Shown here in pieces: positions 1 to 11,726 of a stretch of 64,000 nt of DNA. Every line of letters begins with the position of its first letter. Within the stretch, counting starts at the first letter, position 1. The DNA comes from Anthoceros angustus (Eukaryota > Plantae > Anthocerotophyta). The translations under genes and the position numbers were made by a program. The stretch spans positions 1 to 64,000 of the forward strand of contig VJWM01000272.1 in NCBI GenBank assembly GCA_010909165.1, written 5' to 3'. Under the pieces are notes generated by a model. The model saw only the letters and a program-made list of their open reading frames with translations, was not told the origin of the DNA and made no database searches.

Positions 1-99
1 ATCACACCTCTCGATTTCTAGATCATTCCAGTAGAGTTACATCGGTGGCATACGTTCCTATGAAGACGCACATCTGAGGAATGCTAGGCCTTGATTGTA

Positions 100-1747
100 C
101 TATATGGAAACACTGTTCGGCACACCTCTCCCTGTCACGCCAGGCACCACCACTTGCTTGCCGTTCTTCTCCACGAACTCCGTCCGCGGGTGCAGCAGGA
201 GGTGGGGATGACAGCTGCGCCTCCTCAGCTTCAGGTCCGGGTTCCTGTTCCTGCGATCTATTTCCGCTCCGACGGCCTGGATGGCGGAGGAGAATCTGTC
301 CAAGGCTGCCAGGGCGCGCTCGTCTTCCGTCCAGTGCGCAGGCCGCTCGCCGATGAATTCCTCGTCTCTAGAATGGGTCGACAGCAGCTGCACTGTGGAC
401 ATCAACTTGGTCGCCTGCACCTGGTTGGGGAGGGTTGCCAGGAAAAACGTCTCCGGTCTGGCCAGGAAGGCTTCGTATTCTGGAGAGTTCTCTTCGGGAA
501 TGAGTCGTCTCGCCAGGGTCGGTCTGTTGGGGACGTATCCGCCGTAGGCATACTGCCCAGTTCACTGCGGCGTGCTGTGCTGAGGAGACCCAGATGACGG
601 TGGTCAGGATGTGGACCAGGGATTCGGTGCTCTTCAGCTCCGGCCACCAGGTCTCGTCTTGTTTGTCTGCGTGCCCATCTCTTCTGATTTCCGTCCACCA
701 GGCCTGCAGTTCGGTGTCCTCAACCACCTTGCTGTCCGTGTAGTAGATGGATACGTACTCTTCGACCCAGGACGTGATAGCGTCCCATATGAGGAGGCCG
801 TCGGCTGCGTAGGGGTAGTCCTCGATGGCAAGCTGTAGTCCCCTTGAGGAGTTTCCTCTGCCATCCCCTGATATCCCGAGCCCTTCAGTCTCCATTTGCA
901 TCACCTATTGTGCACAGGATAACGTTGAAGGAGTATGTACTAACCTTCGAATCAGATCGGCGGGAGGCTTTCCTTGTCGAAACGCCAAGTGTGTTTGTAG
1001 ATAGCCGAGCTGATTTCCATGGAGTACTTACCCGGCGTGAACGTCTGCTCAATCGTACCTCCGGCGGAAATGAGGCGAGTCTGGCCGCTCCATTGATCTG
1101 CAAAGTGTAGCGGAAATGATCGTGAAGTAACTTGGCAATAGGGTGTAAGGCACTCAGTTGCCTCTTGGTGGCGAGGATGTAGGGCTCCGTGCAGGCATGC
1201 GTCCTGAGCCTGGAATTCCCATGTGCATGGGCACAGTTAGAAATGAAGGACCGAGAAGCAGCAGCAAGCAAGGAGGTTCTGGGAAGTGAGATCAACCAAT
1301 GTGACGCCAACTGGTGAATTCCAGCGTCGACTGCACAGAAATGAATCTTGGCGAGTAGCCAGAGCCATGAGTTTGTGGCGCCTTCTCCAGGAGTGAACAC
1401 CTGCTTGCGCCCCTCGGTGCCAGCCACTGGAGGAAGGCTCAGCTCTATAGCCACTGGCTGAAATATCCCTCCAGAAGTGTAAAAGAAGATGACTCGACTT
1501 GCGTACGTTTTCTGTCCTGAAGAGCGTTGATTCTGTTTACGAAAGGCAGATACAGATCATGGTTGTCGACAATGTAGAGCCTTTTGTCTTCAATGGCCTG
1601 AGATAGGAAACAGCCACGGGTATCAGATACAAGCACATCCACCAACTAATGTGACAACGTTCAAGCAGTACCCTGTTCTTACTTGCTCCACAGAGAGACC
1701 CTCTAAGTTCTTCTCCAAGTGTTCCTTGGTCAGTGCTGATTCTTTCC
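100..1747 (-). CDS. LOX: Lipoxygenase, C-terminal catalytic half (5' part missing)
   Basis: Joined exons give [16 protein letters not shown] (Fe ligands; 87-nt in-frame GT-AG intron 1210-1296), [21 protein letters not shown] and the terminal [13 protein letters not shown] (stop at 100). A second intron (1599-1682) joins NLEGLSVEQ|AIEDKRL. There are several 1-nt losses in homopolymers, e.g. the T-run at 1508-1511. Confidence 0.95.
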
Positions 1748-3258
1748 GTCCCTGCGCCCCGGAATCCGAACCAGCCGGCGCCCATGTTCATTGGTCCAAT
1801 TCTCGAAGCTTTGGTGTGGCACACGCCGGATTCGGAGAATCAGGAGGATTGTCATCCTCCTGCTTCTAGAGCCACTTCCAATCGCTCCATCAGCCTGCTT
1901 GTTCTTGAGTGCCCAGGAGGCCAGCAGGCCGTGGAGCCGGGACTGGGAGAAGCCCTGGCTCGGGTGCTGCGCACCAACCGTGCTCTCACTGACCTCAGAC
2001 TTGCCAGCTTCTTCGTCACACGCGGATTGGAAGCGCTACCTGAAAACAGCAGCATCACCCAACTCAAAGTAAGTCACACGCGGAATTCGGAGGATGATGA
2101 CATGGATCCTATGCTGATCACGATTCTTCAGGAGTGCAAGACTGTCCAGCAGCTGAAGCTTCGGTTTCAGAAGCCCTTTGGTCCATCCAGCTTCTCCCAG
2201 GCGTTTTTCCAAGGGTTGCGGGATAATCGTAGCATCAAGACGCTTGTGTTGGATGACTGCGAAGGATTGGATGACTACATGTTCCAGAACTTGATGCGGT
2301 CTCTGGGACGCAACTGCAACAACGTCCTGGAGAACATTTCTATCAAGAAAACAACCTGGGAAAGCGAAGGCAAAGGAATATACATCCAGAATGCTCTCTC
2401 AAGGAACATGCGCAGAAGAAGCGCTGCTCCGCAGGGTAGGTGCCCCAAGCAAGTAGCTAGGTAACCCTGTCCTGATTTGTATCTACAGTCAGAACCCACA
2501 AACTCAGATGTATACTGACCCCTTCTCACTTGTGCAGGTTCGGAAGAAGTGCCACCACCGGTCACGGCAACTGTGGCAACCTCTGGTGCCGCAGCAGGTA
2601 ATGAAACTACATGAATCCATGGATTTGATCCAACCACTGCCAAGCTGTTGTTGTTGTTGCAATTTGTACCGAATGCACCACTTGATGCTGCTGCTGGCAG
2701 GCAGTCTGATGATTGACTGATTGGCTGTTTTCCTTTTCACCACAATTTCCAGTTGCTGTTCCTGAGGAGCTCAGTGCCCTGCTTGCCGAGCTCGACTCGC
2801 CTTCGCCTACACTCAGTACTCTTCCTCATGTGGAAGCGTTTGGGCACTTGTTCAAGAGGGACGTGGAACATCCACAGGTGGAACTTGAACTGCGCATGCG
2901 CCTTATGAAGGCTATCGGAAAATGCCCCACACTCAGATTCATAGATCTCGACCGTCTTGGGCGTCGAAAGTACAGCGTGACGGTGGCAGAGGCGATGGCG
3001 CTGCTAGAAGGCCTGAGCTCGAATGCAATAGTGGAAGAGCTGGACTTGAGTGGCTTCCTTGGTTTTGGAACAAGTGAAGTCTGCGCTGCAATCGCCGCTA
3101 TCTTGCAATCCAGCCGCACCTTGCAATTTCTGAGTATGGGATACACTGGCATGACTGCCGAAGGACTGGCTTGCATTGCCCCAGTGCTGCGACATAATCG
3201 CAGCACTGTGCTTCGCACCTTGCATCTTTCTGGAACACGACTGTGGAGAAGGTGTTGG
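1748..3258 (+). CDS. Fragment of TRN1-like gene: end of terminal LRR module, intron, linker mini-exon, start of divergent LRR module
   Basis: ORFs 1733-2464 and 2713-3312 are near-identical to 11050-12550 and 36430-37950. The fragment is truncated at both ends. Confidence 0.85.
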
Positions 3259-3750
3259 ATAATCTTCTGTTTGTGGCAGCACTTAAGGCTTGTGCCAGTG
3301 CAGAAGATCTGACATCAGGCAGACAGGTCCATTCCGATGTCCTGAGTAGTGTGCTTGAGCCTGATGTGTTTGTTGGGAGCTGCCTGGGGAAATGTATGCA
3401 AGATGTGGGAGGTTGGATGATGCTCGCACAATCTTTGACAAGTTGGACTCGAGAAACGTGGTCACATGGAATACGGTGCTTGGAGGGTATGCTCAGGGTG
3501 GGCGTGGGCAAGAAGCCCTTGCGCTCTATGCAAGTATGCAAGAGGAGGGAATCCACCTGCCTGACCATGTCACGTTTTGTGCCTCCTCAAAGCATGTGCT
3601 AGCAGTGGAACACGACACCAGGAAGGCAGCTTCATTCACAAATACAGGAAGCAGGTGTCGGATCTGAGGTGATGGTGGGGAGCTGCCTCATAGATATGTA
3701 TGCAAGATGTGGAAGCTTGGATGATGCCCGGACTGCCTTTGACAACATGA
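3259..3750 (+). pseudogene. PPR1 internal fragment (PLS-class PPR)
   Basis: LFVAALKACASAED, MYARCGRLDDARTIFDKLDSRNVVTWN. Near-identical to 4940-5430. Confidence 0.85.
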
Positions 3751-4559
3751 CAACAAAGAAGCCTTTTATAGTCCACTTGGACAGAATTTCCTTAACAACT
3801 TGTATCATGGTGCACACCTCAAGAAAAACGTCGTGCTCAACAAAAACAGAACCCCGGAACATGGAGGAACGCCAATCACGCTCGTGTTTGAGTCACGGAT
3901 CTGAGTACTAAGACATGAGTCAAGTCTCCGGGTACTAAGACATGAGTCACATCTTTGAGTACGAAAACAATACTAATAGCTAAAAATGGACAGACTCTTC
4001 TAATGAGGGCCGAATGCAATATATGTATAAACGCCAGTGTGTGGAGCATAGTGGTACAAGAAGATGCCAGTAGGTCAGACTGCATACCCGATCATCGGTA
4101 CATGTACTTGAGCAACAACTGAGGCCCCAGCACAGCATTTGACGGCGAGCATAGACGCATGGGAACAAGTTAGAACTCATCCTGGAAGTCAGCCGTCAGT
4201 GTGTCAACCTTCAGGCTCTCAACATGGAGTTGATTCTTAGGACTTGTAGAAGTCAGCAGAGCAATGCATGTCTGCAACTACCGGTGGTGAGGAACTGCCG
4301 ACCTGGCACCTCCTGATGTTGCAAATCACTGCATGATGCATTCTTTGACAGATGCTATATGCTTGGTTTTGGTTGCAGCGGAGGCATCTGGGCAGGCACG
4401 ATGGCGGGAGAAGTCGCTGGCTAACTCTCCGCAGTGATGCCGGTTCATGTCAGATAAGGTAAATTGGGCACTTGTGGTGATGATGCTCATGTGTTTGCAC
4501 TGTTTGGGGCTGGTGTTTTGATCACGCCCCAATGCAGGCAGCCCCAAGTTCGTGTAATG

Positions 4560-5735
4560 GGTACACAGCAAGGGAGGTAAACCACGTGAAGAGGAACATC
4601 TGAGTAAGGAGTAAGGCCGTTGAGGTCCTGGACCTTCTGGTGCAGCCAGGGTGGTATGTACACGCCCGCATCTTTCTTCCATCAGGTCATCAAGAGGTGC
4701 ATTGCACACAAAGATCTGGGTGCTGGCAGGGGTGTGCAGCAGATTCTTGGCTTATCACGTCATCCGCGTGTATGCTGCCTATGGGAGGTTGGAGGATGCG
4801 TTGCAGGTTTTGAATGGATTGGCTGCTCCCAATGCTTATTCGTGGTCCTCCAGAGTTGAGGCACATGTTGACAATGGACAGGCCAGGCAGGCAATCGAGA
4901 TCTATTTGAGGATGGGACAGTCATCCCCTATGTTGGCAGATAATCATCTGTTTGTGGCAGCACTTAAGGCTTGTGCCAGTGCAGAAGATCTGACATCAGG
5001 CAGACAGGTCCATTCCGATGTCCCGAGTAGTGTGCTTGAGCCTGACGTGTTTGTTGGGAGCTGCCTGGTGGAAATGTATGCAAGATGTGGGAGGTTGGAT
5101 GATGCTCGCACAATCTTTGACAAGTTGGACTCAAGAAACGTGGTCACATGGAATACGCTGCTTGGAGGGTATGCTCAGGGTGGGCGTGGGCAAGAAGGCC
5201 TTGCGCTCTATGCCAGTACGCAAGAGGAGGGAATCACTCTGCCTGACCATGTCACGGTTTTGTGCCTCCTCAAAGCATGTGCTAGCAGTGGAACACTACA
5301 CCAGGGAAGGCAGCTTCATTCACAAATACAGGAAGCAGGTGTCGGATCTGAGGTAATGGTGGGGAGCTGCCTCATACATATGTATGCAAGATGTGGAAGC
5401 TTGGATGATGCCCGGACTGCCTTTGACAACATGACCAGAAGAAATGTGGTGACCTGGAACGTGATGCTCGCAAGACATGCTGATGGTGGGCTAGGTGAAG
5501 AAGCCCTGTCTCTTAAGCAACTATGCAACAGGAGGGCGTTACTTCAGCAGATCACGTAACTTTTGTGTGCCTTCTGAAAGCATGTAAAAGCATCGGGGCA
5601 TTGGAGCAGGGAAGGCAGCTACATGACCAGGTTCAGGAGATGGGGCTGCAAGTTGACGTGGTCATTTCGAGCTGCCTGGTGGACGTGAATGCAAAGTGTG
5701 GGAGCTGAGAGGATGCCCGCAGGGTGTGCCTGCTT
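4560..5735 (+). CDS. PPR1, PLS-class pentatricopeptide repeat protein (frameshifts, in-frame TGA, no E/DYW seen)
   Basis: ORFs 4651-5559 and 5523-5708 contain repeated P/L/S motifs (LVEMYARCGRLDDARTIF, VVTWNTLLGGYAQ, VLCLLKAC, GRQLHSQI). The start is approximate. Confidence 0.88.
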
Positions 5736-6375
5736 CTGGGAAGCTACGTGCATCCACGACTTGCTCCAAAGACAGCTCACCTTGGGAGCATCACGTGGCA
5801 GAGGAATATACCTGTTCTACAAAGCAGTCTTGGTGAGCTCAATGAAAGAGCATCGCTTGACGGGGTCAACAAGAACGTGCCTCATGTTCTGAAGTTCTGG
5901 AGCCCAGCAGACAGTGTACGGATTGGGGCTGGACATCTCGCTTCCTTTCACGGAAGGGCCATCTTCATGGACGAAAGATAGAGAGTGCAGCGCTCCTGAG
6001 GCTGACAGCCACTCACAAGGCATCCGACAAAGCACAGAAAAATGTCGTCCGAAACCACTGGTGTCAGGAATGCCTTGTCGTGCAAAGTCCACAGTGTAGA
6101 CAGGTTGGGAACAAGTAGCTAGAGGGCGCCTTTGCAGGCGTGCAGAAGTTGCTCCACTGCATGCTTCTCCGCGCCGCTGGCCAGCACTGGCCAGCAGAAG
6201 TGGATTCGAATCTCCCAATCACACTTGCACGCTTTTCGTTGCAACTTGCAAGAGCCCATTGATCCATATAAGATAATTGGGATGAGCAGGAAGTGGAGTG
6301 GGACGCCGTTTGCTCTGCTTGCCTTTTCTTGCAAGTCCTCCTGAGAAGGTGGGACGTTGTTGTGGAGGTTGGGCT

Positions 6376-9300
6376 ATGGCTGATCCATCTCTTCCTGCCG
6401 GCGCCCCGCTGGTGGACCTGCTCGAGATCCTCGAGTCCCGCTCGCCGCAGCTGCGTGCGTTGCTTGCAGAGCTGGAGTCCGACTCGCCAAAGCGGCAGGA
6501 ACTGCCATCTTTTGATTCGTGGGGAAGCTACTTCAATTGCGACTGCCAGGACGGGGAATGTCACCACCGCGAGGAGTGGCACTGGGCGGTGCGCTTGCGT
6601 CTGCTCACCGCTATCGGCAGATGCCGTACGCTCAGGAAGATTCAACTGAATCCTCTGTGGAAGAGGGTCACAGCGTGAGGCGGGACGAGGCGTTGGCGCT
6701 CTTTTCAGGCTTGCAACACAACCTTGTGCTGGAGGAGCTGAATCTGTTTGGCTACAAGGGGTTTGGGACGGCAGCAGCGTGCCTCCAGGCACTGAGTGCT
6801 GTCATCGACAGAACTCATCGCTCACTGGACTTCCTCGGTCTGCAATCTGTGGGATTGAGTGCAGAAGGACTGGGTGCCATCGCTGCAGCCCTTGGACGCA
6901 ATGTCAGCTCTTCAGTGCTGTCCAGATTGTCTCTGTGTGGGAACGACATCGGGAATGCTGTCGGGGCGCAACACTTGGCCGACATCCTTACCAAGTCGCC
7001 CAAGCTGCGCAATCTCTGGATGAGCACCATAGGCATGGACGAGGAAGGAGCCGTGGTGATTGCGCAGGCCCTGGCGCATACCACTACACTGGCTGGGCTT
7101 AGAATCGGAGATCCTGCGCCCCGGAATCCAAACCGGCCCGCGCCCATGTTCCTCGTTCCATTGCTCCAAGCTTTGGTGTGGCACACCCTGGCGGATCCTC
7201 CAGCTGCTGTTTCTGGCAATCACTCCATCACACGGCTTGTCCTTGAGTGTCCGGGAGGCCAGGAGGCTGTGGAGCCGGGGCTGGGAGAAGCCCTGGCTCA
7301 GGTGCTTCGCACCAACCGGGCTCTGAAAGACCTCAGACTATCCAGCTTCTTCGTCACACGCGGATTGGGAGCTCTGCGGGAAAACAGCAGCATCACCAAA
7401 CTCCTGGTGTTTCACTCGCGGCAGTCGGAGGATGATGACATGGATCCCATCCTGACCACCATCCTGGATGAGTGCAAGACTGTTGAGGAGGTTCAGATCC
7501 GGTTTGACAAGCCCTTTGGTCCGTCCAGCTTCACCAAGGCGTTTTTCAAGGGTTGCTGCAGAAAACCGCAGCATCAACAGGCTGGTGTTGGATGGCTGGG
7601 ATGGCTGGACGACGAGATGTTTGAAGACCTGATTCAATCCCTGTCTACCAACACCAACACCTCAGGCTGGATCACATCTCCATCAAGGGCACCTCATGGG
7701 AAAAGCAAGGCAGGGGCGAACGTCTGGAGAAAGCGTTGGGAGCTGCGCGAGTGCAGCCGCAGCTGCGTGCGTTGCTCGCAGACTTGGAGTCCGAGTCGCC
7801 AGTGCTGCAAGAACTCCCATCTGTGGATTTGTGGGAAGCTATTTCGATTGCCTTTGCCAGGAGGCCTACAGGAGTGTCAACACCGGGGCAGTGGCAGTGG
7901 TACGTACGCCTGCGCCTGCTCACAGCTATCGGCAAATGCCGGTCGCTGAGGAAGATTCATCTGAATCCTCCGGGAGGAGGGCACTTACAGCGTGAGGGAG
8001 GTAGAGGCGCTGGCTCTGCTATCAGGCTTGCAACACAACCTTGTGCTGGAGGAGCTGAATCTGTATGGCTACAAGGGGTTTGGGAGGGCACCCTGCCTGC
8101 AGGCATTGACTGGCGTCATGGAGAGATGCTATTTCTCATTGGACTTGCTGGGTCTGCAACATCTGGGATTGAGTGCAGAAGGACTGGGTGTCATCGCTGC
8201 AGCCCTTGGACGCAACCGCAGCTCAGTGCTGTCCAGATTGTCTCTTTGTGGGAACGACATCGGGAATGCTGTCGGGCGCAACACTTGGCCGACATCCTTA
8301 CCAACTCGCCCAAGCTCCGCAATCTATGGATGAGCAACATAGGCATGAACGAGGAAGGAGCCGTGGTGATTGCACAGGCCCTGGCGCATACCACTACACT
8401 GGCTGGGCTTAGAATCGGAGATCCTGCGCCCCGGAATCCAAACCAGCCCGCGCCCATGTTCCTCGTTCCATTGCTCCAAGCTTTGGTGTGGCACACCCTG
8501 GCGGATCCTCCAGCTGCTGTTTCTGGCAATCACTCCATCACACGGCTTGTCCTCGAGTGTCCGGGAGGCCAGGAGGCTGTGGAGCCGGGGCTGGGAGAAG
8601 CCCTGGCTCAGGTGCTTCACCAACCGGGCTCTGAAAGACCTCACACTATCCAGCTTCTTCGTCACACGCGGATTGGGAGCTCTGCGGGAAAACAGCAGCA
8701 TCACCAAACTCCTGGTGTTCCACTCGCGGCAGTCGGAGGATGATGACATGGATCCCAACCTGACCGCCATCCTGGATGAGTGCAAGACTGTTGAGGAGGT
8801 GCAGATCCGGTTTGACAAGCCCTTTGGTCCGTCCAGCTTCACCAAGGCGTTTTTCAAGGGTTGCTGCAGAAAACCGCAGCATCAACATGCTGGTGTTGGA
8901 TGGCTGGGATGGGCTGGACGACGAGATGTTTGAAGACCTGATTCAATCCCTGTCCACCAACACCAACACCCACCTCAGGCTGGATCACATCTCCATCAAG
9001 GGCACCTCATGGGAAAAGCAAGGCAGGGGCGAACGTCTGGAGAAAGCGTTGGGAGCTGCGCGAGTGCAGCCGCAGCTGCGTGCGTTGCTCGCAGACTTGG
9101 AGTCCGAGTCGCCAGTGCTGCAAGAACTCCCATCTGTGGATTTGTGGGAAGCTATTTCGATTGCCTTTGCCAGGAGGCCTACAGGAGTGTCAACACCGGG
9201 GCAGTGGCAGTGGTACGTACGCCTGCGCCTGCTCACAGCTATCGGCAAATGCCGGTCGCTGAGGAAGATTCATCTGAATCCTCCGGGAGGATGGGCACTT

Positions 9301-11726
9301 ACAGCGTGAGGGAGGTAGAGGCGCTGGCGCTGCTATCAGGCTTGCAACACAACCTTGTGCTGGAGGAGCTGAATCTGTTGGCTACGTGGGCTTTGGGACG
9401 GCACCCTGCCTGCAGGCATTGACTGGCGTCATGGAGAGAACTATTTCTCATTGGACTTGCTGGGTCTGCAATATCTGGGATTGAGTGCAGAAGGACTGGG
9501 TGCCATCGCTGCAGCCCTTGGACGCAACCGCAGCTCAGTGCTGTCCAGATTGTCTCTTTGTGGGAACGACATCGGGAATGCTGTCGGGCGCAACATTTGG
9601 CCGACATCCTTACCAAGTCGCCCAAGCTCCGCAATCTATGGATGAGCAACATAGGCATGGACGAGGAAGGAGCCGTGGTGATTGCACAGGCCCTGGCGCA
9701 TACCACTACACTGGCTGGGCTTAGAATCGGAGATCCTGCGCCCCGGAATCCAAACCAGCCCGCGCCCATGTTCCTCGTTCCATTGCTCCAAGCTTTGGTG
9801 TGGCACACCCTGGCGGATCCTCCAGCTGCTGTTTCTGGCAATCACTCCATCACACGGCTTGTCCTTGAGTGTCCAGGAGGCCAGGAGGCTGTGGAGCCGG
9901 GGCTGGGAGAAGCCCTGGCTCAGGTGCTGCGCACCAACCGTGCTCTGAAAGACCTCAGACTATCCAGCTTCTTCGTCACACGCGGATTGGGAGCTCTGAA
10001 AACAGCAGCATCACCAAACTCCTGGTGTTCCACTCGCGGCAGTCGGAGGATGATGACATGGATCCCAACCTGACCGCCATCCTGGATGAGTGCAAGACTG
10101 TTGAGCAGGTGCAGATCCGGTTTGACAAGCCCTTTGGTCCGTCCAGCTTCACCAAGGCGTTTTTCCAAGGGTTGCTGCAGAAAACCGCAGCATCAACAGG
10201 CTGGTGTTGGATGGCTGGGATGGCTGGACGACGAGATGTTTGAAGACCTGATTCAATCCTGTCCACCAACACCAACACCCACCTCAGGCTGGATCACATC
10301 TCCATCAAGGGCACCTCATGGGAAAAGCAAGGCAGGGGCGAACGTCTGGAGAAAGCGTTGGGAGCTGCGCGAGTGCAGCCGCAGCTGCGTGCGTTGCTCG
10401 CAGACTTGGAGTCCGAGTCGCCAGTGCTGCAAGAACTCCCATCTGTGGATTTGTGGGGAAGCTATTTCGATTGCCTTTGCCAGGAGGCCCACAGGGAGTG
10501 TGAACACCGGGGGCAGTGGCAGTGGTACGTACGCCTGCGCCTGCTCACAGCTATCGGCAAATGCCGGTCGCTGAGGAAGATTCATCTGAAACGTCCTCCG
10601 AGGAGGAGGGGCACTTCCAGCGTGAGGGAGGTAGAGGCGCTGGCTCTGCTATCAGGCTTGCAACACAACCTTGTGCTGGAGGAGCTGAATCTGTCTGGCT
10701 ACAAGGGGTTTGGGACGGCACCTGCCTGCAGGCATTGACTGGCGTCATGAGATGCTATTTCTCATTGGACTTGCTGGGTCTGCAACATCTGGGATTGAGT
10801 GCAGAAGGACTGGGTGTCATCGCTGCAGCCCTTGGACGCAACCGCAGCTCAGTGCTGTCCAGATTGTCTCTTTGTGGGAACGACATCGGAATGCTGTCGG
10901 GCGCAACATTTGGCCGACATCCTGAGGAATTCGATCGCCCTCCGCAATCTCTGGATGAGCAATATTGGCATGGATGAGGAAGGAGCCGTGCTGATTGCAG
11001 AGGCCCTGGCGAATACCACCACCCTGATCCGTCTCAGAATCGGAGACCCTGCGCCCCGGAATCCAAGCAGCCGGCGCCCATGTTCATTGGTCCAATTCTC
11101 GAAGCTTTGGTGTGGCACACGCCAGATTCGGAGAATCAGGAGGATTGTCATCCTCCTGCTTCTAGAGCCACTTCAATCGCTCCATCAAGCTGCTTGTTCT
11201 TGAGTGCCCAGGAGGCCAGCAGGCCGTGGAGCCAGGACTGGGAGAAGCCCTGGCTCGGTGCTGCGCACCAACCGTGCTCTCACTGACCTCAGACTTGCCA
11301 GCTTCTTCGTCACACGCGGATTGGAAGCGCTACCTGAAAACAGCAGCATCACCCAACTCCAAGTGGGTCACACGCGGAATTCGGAGGATGATGACATGGA
11401 TCCTATGCTGATCACGATTCTTCAGGAGTGCAAGACTGTCCAGCAGCTGCAGCTTCAGTTTTATAAGCCCTTTGGTCCATCCAGCTTCTCCAAGGCGTTT
11501 TTCCAAGGGTTGCAGGATAATCGTAGCATCAAGACGCTTGTGTTGGATGACTGCGAAGGATTGGATGACTACATGTTCCAGAACTTGATGCGGTCTCTGG
11601 GACGCAACTGCAACAACGTCCTGGAGAACATTTCTATCAAGAAAACAACCTGGGAAAGCGAAGGCAAAGGAATATACATCCAGAATGCTCTCTCAAGGAA
11701 CATGCAGAAGAAGCGCTGCTCCGCAG
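6376..11726 (+). repeat. Tandem array of four ~1.31-kb LRR super-modules (copy A)
   Basis: The anchor cgagtgcagccgcagctg recurs at 7748, 9061 and 10370. The first module starts near 6445. Confidence 0.95.

Noticed and set aside
3880-3965. 27-bp-period repeat gtactaagacatgagtca
   Set aside because: Only two clear copies, too short to assign a function.
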